From a virus (Duplodnaviria > Heunggongvirae > Uroviricota > Caudoviricetes), in the IMG/VR virus record IMGVR_UViG_3300033273_000374, positions 138,914 through 202,913 of that record: a DNA stretch of 64,000 nt. One strand, written 5' to 3'. Every line of letters starts with the position of its first letter. Within the stretch, counting starts at the first letter, position 1. A model generated the notes under the pieces. That model was not told the DNA's origin. It did not search any database and saw only the letters and a program-made list of their open reading frames with translations. The position numbers were made by a program, and so were the translations under genes. This document shows, one piece after another, positions 18,173 through 26,360 of this stretch.

Positions 18173-18855
18173 CAGTATCTATCCACACAGTAACCATCAT
18201 ACCAGTGTTGATCCTGAATCCAGGTGTGGTTGCGTACTTTTTCCTCTGCAGCAGCAAACTCTAATCTTGTCTTATCATCAACTTCTAGTTCAGGTAAAAC
18301 ATAATCCAAATAGTTTATGTGCTGTTGTGGTGTTGGATGGTAGTCATCATCAAATGCTGCATTGTGCCAATCACCTTTATAGATGATGTTGTGTACACTG
18401 GGTCTAATTGTTTGTAGTGTCTTTGCATATGTTTGTGTTGGATCATGAAACAACTGTATCTCTTGATCACTGTCAAAGATATTTAAATCAATCATGCTTA
18501 AAAAATAATATTCACACCCAATACCTTCTAGTATAAGTTTTGCTGCGTGTATGTTAGCACAATCTCTAATAAAACTGCCATAGGTATCTACGATTGTAGC
18601 ACCAGGTGTTTGCCACGATCCATCACTATAACTGTCTTCTCTATCACGTGATGTCCACATAACAATCACAGTGTCGTCAGCTGAAATAGTGTGCCTTGCA
18701 TCACATTCTGCAATGCTCCACAGTATAAAACTATTGCCACCACCACCTTTTCCAAAGTTGTAGTATTGATCAAACTGAGGTGCTAGAGCATCTGCCCATG
18801 TGGGCCACTTGTAGCGTGTAAAACTACAACCAAATGTAAACAATCTGCCATGCAT
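18172..18855 (-). CDS. SGNH-hydrolase-like protein
   Basis: FGCSFT, WPTWAD, GGGN, MWTS.DRED, DYHPTP..H. Confidence 0.7.
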   Translation of the reverse strand: MHGRLFTFGCSFTRYKWPTWADALAPQFDQYYNFGKGGGGNSFILWSIAECDARHTISADDTVIVMWTSRDREDSYSDGSWQTPGATIVDTYGSFIRDCANIHAAKLILEGIGCEYYFLSMIDLNIFDSDQEIQLFHDPTQTYAKTLQTIRPSVHNIIYKGDWHNAAFDDDYHPTPQQHINYLDYVLPELEVDDKTRLEFAAAEEKVRNHTWIQDQHWYDGYCVDRY

Positions 18856-18871
18856 ACATTTAATTATACCT

Positions 18872-18901
18872 AAAAAAAAGCAGGCAAATAAAATGCCTGC
18901 T
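18872..18901 (-). terminator. Rho-independent terminator closing the microprotein operon
   Basis: AGCAGGCA/TGCCTGCT stem followed by a T-run on the minus strand. Confidence 0.8.
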
Positions 18902-18915
18902 CATCTTTACCGACT

Positions 18916-18972
18916 TTACTTTTTTGTTTTACGAGTAAAAAACTCTACTTCTTCGTCTGTGTAAGGATACAT
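18916..18972 (-). CDS. 18-aa micropeptide MYPYTDEEVEFFTRKTKK
   Basis: Hand translation; start overlaps upstream stop (TGATG); ends just before terminator. Confidence 0.5.
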   Translation of the reverse strand: MYPYTDEEVEFFTRKTKK

Positions 18973-19070
18973 CACACTGTGCCTGCTATTAACACCGGTA
19001 GCAATAGATATCCTGCTTGAATTCCAAACAGTATACTACAACCTAATGCTGCTTTAAGTACATTCATCAT
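18972..19070 (-). CDS. 32-aa hydrophobic membrane peptide
   Basis: MMNVLKAALGCSILFGIQAGYLLLPVLIAGTV; ATGA overlap; GGAG RBS. Confidence 0.55.
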   Translation of the reverse strand: MMNVLKAALGCSILFGIQAGYLLLPVLIAGTV

Positions 19071-19195
19071 AGTGTCTCCAACCTTTTTGCTTCTGCATGG
19101 TAACCAAGACGAATAAGTTCCGCTGCTGCCTTAGCACGGCCTGCTCGTCCTAGCATTTCCCAAAATTTATTTGCACATTTTGTTACTGTTTGCAT
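19067..19195 (-). CDS. 42-aa small protein (GRAKAAAEL.R.GY motif)
   Basis: MQTVTKCANKFWEMLGRAGRAKAAAELIRLGYHAEAKRLETL; AGGTGG RBS. Confidence 0.65.
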   Translation of the reverse strand: MQTVTKCANKFWEMLGRAGRAKAAAELIRLGYHAEAKRLETL

Positions 19196-19196
19196 T

Positions 19197-19331
19197 TTAT
19201 ATCCACCTTTTTGTATCATATGAATAACGCTTCATAATTTCTTCTACGTCATATGTGTTTTTTGCATATTGTAGTTCTTTTTCCATTGGAGTCATTGTTA
19301 TTTTTTTCCAAAGTTTTTTAATGTTACACAT
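19197..19331 (-). CDS. 44-aa small protein, DUF3563-like
   Basis: MCNIKKLWKKITMTPMEKELQYAKNTYDVEEIMKRY...; AGGAG RBS. Confidence 0.55.
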   Translation of the reverse strand: MCNIKKLWKKITMTPMEKELQYAKNTYDVEEIMKRYSYDTKRWI

Positions 19332-19494
19332 TATAATCAACTCCTGCAACCAGTGGGTGTTTGTCCAAGATTTCACTGTATGCTTGTTGCCATTGATCGC
19401 CATATTCTATGCGATACCAGTCTTCAACATGTTTGCTACGGTCTGGTTGTGATCCAAAAACCGTCTGTAGATCATCAAACAACTTTGCAGTCAT
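19324..19494 (-). CDS. 56-aa small protein (W..IEYG..W motif)
   Basis: Start reassigned to MTAKLF with TAGGAG RBS at 19502-19507. Confidence 0.65.
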   Translation of the reverse strand: MTAKLFDDLQTVFGSQPDRSKHVEDWYRIEYGDQWQQAYSEILDKHPLVAGVDYNV

Positions 19495-19499
19495 TTTTG

Positions 19500-19650
19500 T
19501 TCTCCTATTAGTTTTTAGATGCTTGAGGAAAGCAATACCGCGGTCTCTTCCGCCGTCTCCACGATGCCTGTTTGCAGCACCACTTGTAAGGCATGGGATA
19601 TGCCCTGGTCTTTCCCAGTGCCACTCATTTTTTCTGAGCTGAGGTCGCTC
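19500..19650 (-). ncRNA. Structured GC-rich leader RNA (cis-regulator or sRNA)
   Basis: Run of hairpins: CTGG-GAAAGA-CCAG, GGCAT-ATCCC-ATGCC, CGT-GGAG-ACG, GCGG-AAGAGA-CCGC, TGCTT-TCCTC-AAGCA. Confidence 0.55.
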
Positions 19651-19675
19651 TGTGCAATGCACAATGTTATTTATA
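19651..19675 (-). promoter_or_regulatory. Late promoter TATAAATA with adjacent palindromic operator TGTGCAATGCACA
   Basis: TATAAATA at 19668-19675; palindrome at 19651-19663. Confidence 0.65.
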
Positions 19676-19731
19676 ATACAATAAGTAGAAATTGTTGTCA
19701 ATGATTAGATGTGCGTTAAAATAACGCAATG

Positions 19732-20436
19732 CTAAGCCAGTATCTTAGCGTCAATGTAAGGTATCATCTGTTCAACAAACAATTCATGTCCACGTTCATT
19801 TGGGTGTTCGCCTCCGGCAAACACACTATCTCCATGTTGTGATCTTAACCAGTCGTGCATGTTGTTGTTACCCATAAATGTGTTATCAAATTTTGGATAT
19901 ACAACAGGGCTTAGGTCACCTTCATAACCTTTTGTTGGAGGAAGTGCATTGAATTGTACATAACGTGCACCATACTGTTTTAACAATGCATTGGTGCTCA
20001 TGCGAAGTGTAACGTCCCATTGCCTCTGATGTCCCAAACTGTGTTTGATCCATTCAACCACACTGTTTCTAAAACAAGCATCACCAGGATGTGGATTGTC
20101 ATTGAATCTTACAAAGCCTGAATGAACCCAACGGTCTTCGTCATCATGATACCAACTCATTCTATCTATGCTGGTCCATGCAACTGCTATAAACAAATCT
20201 TCTCGTGGTGTAGGATTTTGTTGTATGTATTCGCATACAGTTTGCCATATGTATGTGTTACTACCACTGGGCTGGCCTCTGTTGTCATAGGTTGCACCAT
20301 AGTGCTGCGCCAGACGTCCAAGCCACACATGCTGTTCTCTGTAACTAATATTTTCGTGATGTTGATCCCAAGTTGCGTTGGGTGCAACAAGTTCGCTGCC
20401 GTAGGTAAAACTGCAGCCTATACCTATTATGTGCAT
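19732..20436 (-). CDS. SGNH-hydrolase-like protein
   Basis: IGCSFTYG, GSN, AWTSIDR, GEHPNERGH. Confidence 0.7.
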   Translation of the reverse strand: MHIIGIGCSFTYGSELVAPNATWDQHHENISYREQHVWLGRLAQHYGATYDNRGQPSGSNTYIWQTVCEYIQQNPTPREDLFIAVAWTSIDRMSWYHDDEDRWVHSGFVRFNDNPHPGDACFRNSVVEWIKHSLGHQRQWDVTLRMSTNALLKQYGARYVQFNALPPTKGYEGDLSPVVYPKFDNTFMGNNNMHDWLRSQHGDSVFAGGEHPNERGHELFVEQMIPYIDAKILA

Positions 20437-21194
20437 TATGACCTGTAAAGTATTTTGCTTAGTGTTCCTGTGGTAGTAGATCTAACAAAACGCACTGCGC
20501 TGTATACACCATTGAATACTTGTATATCACTGTCTTCTTGTGCAGTGTATGTAACAGTTCTCAACACTGTCCAGTCATCGTTGTTAAGTCCTTGTGTTTG
20601 TGGACTTAGACTGACCTGTATCTGTAGTGTGCCTGTGAACGCACTTGAAAAATAAATCTGTGCTGTGTGAGTGGCATCATTGCGATTGATATATGGATCC
20701 AAGTAGATAGCATCGCCAGTATCGCCGCCATCAAATTCTTCTGTGGTGCTTGCACTAAACAATGGATAAACACCTTCGTTTAATTCCAGTGTTCCGTTTG
20801 CACCATAGTTGTCATCTGCATAAGCAGGATTTGTTATGCCTTCGCCGTCTGTGATTTTGATTCCATATGTGTAATACTTGGCATCCAAGTTTAATAGATC
20901 ACTCTCGAGAAACCTTACTCTGCCCACACCTTTTGCTGCATCAACACTTTCAATGGTTTTGCTGAGTAATGTTGTGCCTTGATCTTTATCCGTAAGTGTC
21001 AACACTGCGGTTTTGCCTAATATGCTGGTTGCTTTGTTGTTTCTGTTTTTGAACTGTATTCTCACAGTTTGATCTACGCCTCTGTAGATTTTTACGTTGG
21101 GAGTAAAGTACATGGTCAAGGTATTACCCACCCTTTCATCAGTTGTTACAGCCACAAGATTTTGTGTGTATAAGTAAGTATTAATAACGTTCAT
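20436..21194 (-). CDS. Virion structural protein, BppU-like beta-sandwich
   Basis: KIYRGVDQTVRIQFKN, beta-rich; start MNVINT 4 nt after TATAAATA. Confidence 0.55.
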   Translation of the reverse strand: MNVINTYLYTQNLVAVTTDERVGNTLTMYFTPNVKIYRGVDQTVRIQFKNRNNKATSILGKTAVLTLTDKDQGTTLLSKTIESVDAAKGVGRVRFLESDLLNLDAKYYTYGIKITDGEGITNPAYADDNYGANGTLELNEGVYPLFSASTTEEFDGGDTGDAIYLDPYINRNDATHTAQIYFSSAFTGTLQIQVSLSPQTQGLNNDDWTVLRTVTYTAQEDSDIQVFNGVYSAVRFVRSTTTGTLSKILYRS

Positions 21195-21215
21195 AACGTA
21201 TTTATAAGAAGACTG

Positions 21216-21590
21216 ATGAGCCAATACGCAGAAGAAACATTTGAAAAATATCCCTTTTTAAGTTTAGTCACATACGGCGGTAATGAATACATAGGCATAA
21301 TACAAAACCAAGACGATACTGTACTCAGCATTTATGATTACAGTCGCATTAAAAGTGATGAAGCAAAAAATCTTTTTTTAGAATTAGGTGAACAATGGTG
21401 GTGGGAAAGCAATAGAATGATCCCCATTAATCTTTTTCTCAAAAGAGAATGGGATGTTTTTACCACGGTGTTGTTAACACTTAATGTAAAAGATTGCAAC
21501 GTTGTATATGGCGGCACTGTAAGCATCAGCGATCTGGCAAAAAAAAGAAGCAAAAGACGCAACATACAATTGGTAAGGAAACCTAAATGA
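21216..21590 (+). CDS. Conserved phage hypothetical protein
   Basis: 124 aa; YPFLS..EYIGIIQN..WWWESNRMIPINLFL. Confidence 0.65.
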   Translation: MSQYAEETFEKYPFLSLVTYGGNEYIGIIQNQDDTVLSIYDYSRIKSDEAKNLFLELGEQWWWESNRMIPINLFLKREWDVFTTVLLTLNVKDCNVVYGGTVSISDLAKKRSKRRNIQLVRKPK

Positions 21591-21937
21591 TAGATTTTTT
21601 TCTAGCACTTGTTATAAAGCACTTCATTGTGGACCTTGGTATGCAACCATATCTAGGCAAACGTCAGAAACAGAACTATATCAGTGATGCACATCAACAC
21701 TATATGGAACATTTCTTAGGCACACTGATAGTGTGTATTTTCTTTATCAATCCTGTATTTGCCTTTGCGGCTGCCACATTAGACTATCTAGCACACTGGC
21801 ACGTAGATTTTGCTAAACATCGTATTAACAATTGGTTAGAATTAAGACCTAGGTCATACACATGGTGGTGGACAAATGTTGGTGATCAAATAGCACACAT
21901 AGTCACATACTACGCACTTGTTAGAATATTCATGTGA
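21587..21937 (+). CDS. DUF3307-like membrane protein
   Basis: KHFIVD..Q, H..EH, HWHVD..K, DQIAH. Confidence 0.75.
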   Translation: MIDFFLALVIKHFIVDLGMQPYLGKRQKQNYISDAHQHYMEHFLGTLIVCIFFINPVFAFAAATLDYLAHWHVDFAKHRINNWLELRPRSYTWWWTNVGDQIAHIVTYYALVRIFM

Positions 21938-21971
21938 GTGTATGGATTTTATTAAAAAAATCACGCTATTG

Positions 21972-22544
21972 TTATTTTTTTTCTATTTCTTCAATAAGGT
22001 TCATGTGAACAACTACTAATTGCGAATAGGCTATGGAATGCGACTTCTTAAAAAAGTATGTGTCATCTGTGGGACGTTGCCAAACACTTGCTCCAACAGT
22101 GGCCCAATCTTTTCCACGTAGGTGTGCTTTGCCTGGGCGTATCACTGCAAGCAACATGGCCATTCTTGCCACACTGTCAGGACGCATGTTTGCCACAAGA
22201 TCATAATGATTGCCTATGTGTATGATTTGCTCGCAGTATTCTCTGTCAGTCCACAGTCTACTCCAATTGGGTTCTGTGTGCATTAGATCAATCAAATGCA
22301 ATTCATCACGCACATGCTCATACATACTAACGTTTAGCAAGTCTAGTTTAAAATAGCCTAATTCTTCTGCATGTTCGTGTTCAAGTGTGGCAATGCCATC
22401 CATTGCTGCAGGAATATCTGTAAAGTACACGCCGGTGTTGTGTTGACGACCAGTGTTTAGTCTTGCAGGTGTACCATGTATGTGTTTTAGCACACTGGTG
22501 CGATCTGCAAAATCTATATCAATATCAGGATTTGTCTTTACCAT
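21972..22544 (-). CDS. Miniature DnaE catalytic-core protein (190 aa)
   Basis: PDIDIDF, HNTGVY, GYFKLDLLN, AVIRPG, YFFKKSHSIAY; start set at MVKTN. Confidence 0.8.
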   Translation of the reverse strand: MVKTNPDIDIDFADRTSVLKHIHGTPARLNTGRQHNTGVYFTDIPAAMDGIATLEHEHAEELGYFKLDLLNVSMYEHVRDELHLIDLMHTEPNWSRLWTDREYCEQIIHIGNHYDLVANMRPDSVARMAMLLAVIRPGKAHLRGKDWATVGASVWQRPTDDTYFFKKSHSIAYSQLVVVHMNLIEEIEKK

Positions 22545-22747
22545 AGTTGCAAAGTCTTTCCATTTCCTGCTATAATCATAACACACGTTACAATGTGTAA
22601 CACTATCCAAAATGTCCTAGCCCATAAAGCACGTTTTACATCTCGTTGAGTGATAGGCAAAAACTCAGGTTTGTCATCGTCAGTGAGTCCAATTGGCATG
22701 CCAACAGTTCTTGCCCACCATTTTAGCCAACGGCGTTGGCCACTCAT
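22538..22747 (-). CDS. Small membrane protein
   Basis: 69 aa with one C-terminal TM segment. Confidence 0.6.
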   Translation of the reverse strand: MSGQRRWLKWWARTVGMPIGLTDDDKPEFLPITQRDVKRALWARTFWIVLHIVTCVMIIAGNGKTLQLW

Positions 22748-23088
22748 TTACTGATATACCCTCGTCTAATCAGCCTGTCTCTTTTGTATTCTGCTAATCT
22801 GTTTGGTTCCTGTTCGTCTAAGAAGTCTTCTGCAATGAGAATATCCATCAAACATTTTACGTCTGCTGCTTCTTCGTGGATGTCCTGCATCTGCTTGTTA
22901 CCAGCACCGTGCCTTAGAACTTTACTGCAACGCTGAACTAGTTCGCCACATTCTTCCATCAGTATAACAAGTAGCTTTTCCAAATCAATGCCTTCATAGG
23001 GAACATTGTAGTTGTCCTTGTATACTTTGTGTCCCAGTCCATCATATTGCCACAGTCTACGATCAGGGTCAATTTGATTTCGTCTCAT
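22744..23088 (-). CDS. MazG-like NTP pyrophosphohydrolase
   Basis: LMEECGELVQ..SK..R, EEAADV. Confidence 0.75.
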   Translation of the reverse strand: MRRNQIDPDRRLWQYDGLGHKVYKDNYNVPYEGIDLEKLLVILMEECGELVQRCSKVLRHGAGNKQMQDIHEEAADVKCLMDILIAEDFLDEQEPNRLAEYKRDRLIRRGYISK

Positions 23089-23498
23089 TTCAATTTGCCT
23101 TTTTCACGCATTTCTGCACGTATCTTAGTTGCACTTATATCATGTATTATAGCACCTAAATCGTGTTCTGTAAAGGTATATCCTACCCCTCTGCCATAAC
23201 TGATATCCACAATGTTAGGCACCTGCTTTATGATATATTCTTCGTTATAGGTATAACCTGCTTTTTCAAGTCCATCTCTGATGCCATGATATACATCATC
23301 AAAGTGAAATGGATTGTCATCTTGTGCGGCTGTACGACCACCGCTGGCATCCTCGCCAACAATGCCGCCCACGTCTCTGACCATGATGCAAACTTGACCA
23401 GTTTCTGCAAGTGCTCTTTTGAATAATTCTGTGTGTCCATCATGCCATGGCTGCCAACGGCCTAGCATTTGTGTGGTAGGTTTTTTCCAATCAAACAT
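23085..23498 (-). CDS. Cytidylyltransferase-like (HIGH) nucleotidyltransferase
   Basis: GRWQPWHDGH, YGRGVGY, ISATKIR. Confidence 0.8.
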   Translation of the reverse strand: MFDWKKPTTQMLGRWQPWHDGHTELFKRALAETGQVCIMVRDVGGIVGEDASGGRTAAQDDNPFHFDDVYHGIRDGLEKAGYTYNEEYIIKQVPNIVDISYGRGVGYTFTEHDLGAIIHDISATKIRAEMREKGKLK

Positions 23499-23543
23499 TT
23501 TATTTCCTTTGTTAACTTGACATTTTTACCCTACAAATACGCA

Positions 23544-23690
23544 CTAGTCTTCCTTTTGTGATGCTAGTTCAGCAAACCTTTTTGCAATGGTTCTCAATAC
23601 TTCAGCATCAATATTAGCAGCACCCCAATGTTCAACGCTATGTGCGATGCTATTTAATTTTTTTAACATTTCGTTGTCTGTCATTTCCAT
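23544..23690 (-). CDS. 48-aa hypothetical protein
   Basis: Hand translation MEMTDNEMLKKLNSIAHSVE...LRTIAKRFAELASQKED; coupled to gcvH stop. Confidence 0.55.
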   Translation of the reverse strand: MEMTDNEMLKKLNSIAHSVEHWGAANIDAEVLRTIAKRFAELASQKED

Positions 23691-24055
23691 CATGCAATGA
23701 ACTCTCGATACTGTTCTTCGGTCATTAGTGCGTCCATATCATCCCAATTGTCTGGAACCATTTTAAAGAACCAGCCATTATCAAGTGGTTCACGGTTGAC
23801 TAGTTCTGGATCATCTATCAACAATGGATTTACTTCTACAATTGTTCCAGCAATAGGACAGTAAACATCACTTGCTGCCTTGACACTTTCAACAACTGCA
23901 CAGTCAGCATTTGCACCAAAGCTACTGTCAACTGGAGGTAGGTCAACAAAAACAATATCTCCCAACTGATTGACAGCATACTCCGATATTCCAACTATGA
24001 GAACATCATCTTCTCTTCGTAACCATTCATGTTCGTCTGTGTATCTTATTGTCAT
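23690..24055 (-). CDS. gcvH: Glycine cleavage system H protein
   Basis: YTDEHEW, GISEYA..QLGDIVFVDLP, VESVKAASD lipoyl-Lys motif, GWFFK. Confidence 0.93.
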   Translation of the reverse strand: MTIRYTDEHEWLRREDDVLIVGISEYAVNQLGDIVFVDLPPVDSSFGANADCAVVESVKAASDVYCPIAGTIVEVNPLLIDDPELVNREPLDNGWFFKMVPDNWDDMDALMTEEQYREFIA

Positions 24056-24354
24056 TAATAAACACCTTGCTTTTTTAGTCTATTGTATAAACTTTTAAGT
24101 TTGTCCAGTTCTGGATGTTTTTGCACCCACATGCCAGTGTCAGGAATAAAAATTTCTTTAAAGAATTTATCCATTACCTCATGCCCAGTGGCAATACTGG
24201 GTATCACTTGGTCTGCTAGTGCATCAAACTCTGCATCAGTAATGATGCTGTCATTGTCAAATTCATATGCATATGCAGCAAGAGCAAGACGTATTCTAAT
24301 ACGTCGTTGCTTGTCAACTGCGGCTTGTAGTTCACTTGGTATAGGAGGGCCCAT
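24055..24354 (-). CDS. Stand-alone NAD-dependent DNA ligase N-terminal (Ia)-like domain
   Basis: AAYAYE...SIITDAEFD.L. Confidence 0.65.
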   Translation of the reverse strand: MGPPIPSELQAAVDKQRRIRIRLALAAYAYEFDNDSIITDAEFDALADQVIPSIATGHEVMDKFFKEIFIPDTGMWVQKHPELDKLKSLYNRLKKQGVY

Positions 24355-24776
24355 TATTGATTACGCTCCATCCAGGTTTGGACAACAGGCATCAATTGTT
24401 CGTGTGTGTCATTAAACCATGCACTAACATGATAATCACAGTGCGGAGGTTGTTCAAACATTTTGTTAGTATCTTCAAAGCGGCCTTCTCTAATTGTGTC
24501 CATCCACACAGTAAAGTCTGGTGCAAATTCTGTTCTTGCTGCTTCTGTAGGACACACAAAGTCTGCTATAGCAATTTTACCTGCCATCACCACACCATCT
24601 GACAGATAACGCATACGCAATGCTTGGCGCATACGTCCTTCAGTTGAGAAATCCCAATCGTCGTAACGTTCTCTCACCTGATCAGCGTTGATCCATACAC
24701 CACCAATTAATTTGGCAAATGGTTCTGCAAGTGTGCTTTTGCCGCTGCCGGGCAATCCAAAAATTAATATTTTCAT
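24354..24776 (-). CDS. Adenylylsulfate kinase-like P-loop protein
   Basis: GLPGSGKSTLA, NADQVR, DWDFS.EGR, FVCP, FEQP. Confidence 0.75.
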   Translation of the reverse strand: MKILIFGLPGSGKSTLAEPFAKLIGGVWINADQVRERYDDWDFSTEGRMRQALRMRYLSDGVVMAGKIAIADFVCPTEAARTEFAPDFTVWMDTIREGRFEDTNKMFEQPPHCDYHVSAWFNDTHEQLMPVVQTWMERNQ

Positions 24777-24778
24777 TA

Positions 24779-25636
24779 CTATTCCTCGTCTCTAGTTGCT
24801 CGAACTGGTTTATAATTTAACATGTTGTGTGGATATTCGTTTTCCCATATCTCTATTTCATAACCAAGGTACTGCTCAACTAAATTATCTAGATATCCTT
24901 GTTGATATAAACAGAAATTACTAATGTCCATGTCTGAATTGGAAATAAAACATTTCATTGCACGTTCAACTTCAATCTTGGACTGTATTACCTGTTGCTT
25001 TCGATTTATAAAATCTTGCCAACGATGTTCAATGTCATAAGAATATTCTTTACCTAAATCTGCCAATAATCGTATTAGATTGTGCTTGAAATTTTCGTAG
25101 TTGTAGAACCATTCAAAATTAAATTTGTGATCAATTGTAAATTGTTTATAGTGTACTTCTTGGCTTTGTAAATTTCCATTCAATGGACGGAAACCTAATT
25201 TAAACATTTCTCTAAATCCTGGAACACCATTATCTTTAAAGATGTTTACTTGAGATTCTAATCCTGATGTAACTAAATCATGCCATGATTTATTCTTAAT
25301 TATTGGCAATATATCATCAAAGTCTTTAACATCTAATAGATTTAAGCCAAATTCACCTGCAGCGTGATGTACGTGCCAATTCAAAAAATAAAGATCCGTT
25401 GGTTTAAGATGTATATAACACCAAACGTGTGTGATATTAGATTCTAAAGTTGGGTTTGGGTGTGCATGTCTAACAAGTTTTTCAAAATTTCTGTTTGCAT
25501 GTGCTCCTATAGTCTCACCTTTATCATTGTCATGATAAAAATCAAAATCAGGTGATGTTCCGCTGCTGACACTTAAACATCTAGCTAAAAAATGACCATG
25601 TGTTCCGCCTCTAAAAAGTAAAATAGGTAACGTCAT
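24779..25636 (-). CDS. Hypothetical, sulfotransferase-like N-terminus
   Basis: LLFRGGTHGHFLARCL; AT-rich gene; start set at MTLPIL. Confidence 0.45.
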   Translation of the reverse strand: MTLPILLFRGGTHGHFLARCLSVSSGTSPDFDFYHDNDKGETIGAHANRNFEKLVRHAHPNPTLESNITHVWCYIHLKPTDLYFLNWHVHHAAGEFGLNLLDVKDFDDILPIIKNKSWHDLVTSGLESQVNIFKDNGVPGFREMFKLGFRPLNGNLQSQEVHYKQFTIDHKFNFEWFYNYENFKHNLIRLLADLGKEYSYDIEHRWQDFINRKQQVIQSKIEVERAMKCFISNSDMDISNFCLYQQGYLDNLVEQYLGYEIEIWENEYPHNMLNYKPVRATRDEE

Positions 25637-26316
25637 AATCCTGCTTCCTTGAGTATGTGCTTGACCCATTCTGTGTCAGCATAGTAATCTACAAACCTAC
25701 GCTTCCAGTAATCTGGATCTATGTATGGAAATACCAGTTCAATTTGTTCGGTACTGAGTTTATCTAATACACCAATACCTGTATCGCAATTGTAAACGAC
25801 CCAACTACTTATGCGTCCTGTGGTTATGTCATGCACAATACGATTGGGGCTAGCATATAAAAAGTAATGATTAAACACACTTTCTTTTTGTTCTGCCCAA
25901 GCAGTCATTGTTTTCAGACTGCGTTCTAGTGCATCTTGTGTTGCTTCTTTGCGCAAGTGTTCAAACAAGTATTCTTGATATAGTGCATCCTTGCACCAAT
26001 GGTCTAATTTTTTGTTTTGCTTTATAACCCAGTCAATGAACTTGGCGGTGTTTATAGCACGTATGTTGACCATGTGCCTACCAAACTTTACAAACGCATT
26101 GTAGTATGGACTTTCGCAAAAGTCTTTGTAGTTTTTTAGTTTGGCGCTGCCTTGTGTTAGTTCATAGAAACGCAAATAAGCAGTCATGCCCAATTTGACA
26201 CCTGCTTCATTTTCCTGTTGCGCACGTCGCTTGGGCTCGCACAGGTGTGCTGCAAGAGTACTTTCCTTGCGATATCCTTTTCCGCAATATTGGCATGTGT
26301 AGTCTAGATTTTGCAT
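25633..26316 (-). CDS. C2H2-type zinc-finger conserved phage protein
   Basis: YTCQYCGKGY..ESTLAAHLC; TTTACA-17nt-TATAAT promoter upstream. Confidence 0.7.
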   Translation of the reverse strand: MQNLDYTCQYCGKGYRKESTLAAHLCEPKRRAQQENEAGVKLGMTAYLRFYELTQGSAKLKNYKDFCESPYYNAFVKFGRHMVNIRAINTAKFIDWVIKQNKKLDHWCKDALYQEYLFEHLRKEATQDALERSLKTMTAWAEQKESVFNHYFLYASPNRIVHDITTGRISSWVVYNCDTGIGVLDKLSTEQIELVFPYIDPDYWKRRFVDYYADTEWVKHILKEAGL

Positions 26317-26360
26317 TTTATGATTTATTATAGCATGTTTGATGATGCTTGTAAAGTCAT

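Noticed and set aside
19520-19650. Cobalamin or glycine riboswitch
   Set aside because: Only fragments (CACTGGGAA, GGAAGAGACC) resemble them; I could not find the B12-box context or the glycine GCCGAAG/CUCAGG elements.
19495-19701. N-terminal extension of the 125-aa ORF 19324-19701
   Set aside because: Its start lies upstream of the promoter; a strong RBS precedes the ATG at 19494; the extension coincides with the hairpin-rich leader.
10734-22544. The two DnaE ORFs as halves of an intein-split gene
   Set aside because: Both contain the same catalytic motifs and neither shows intein termini.
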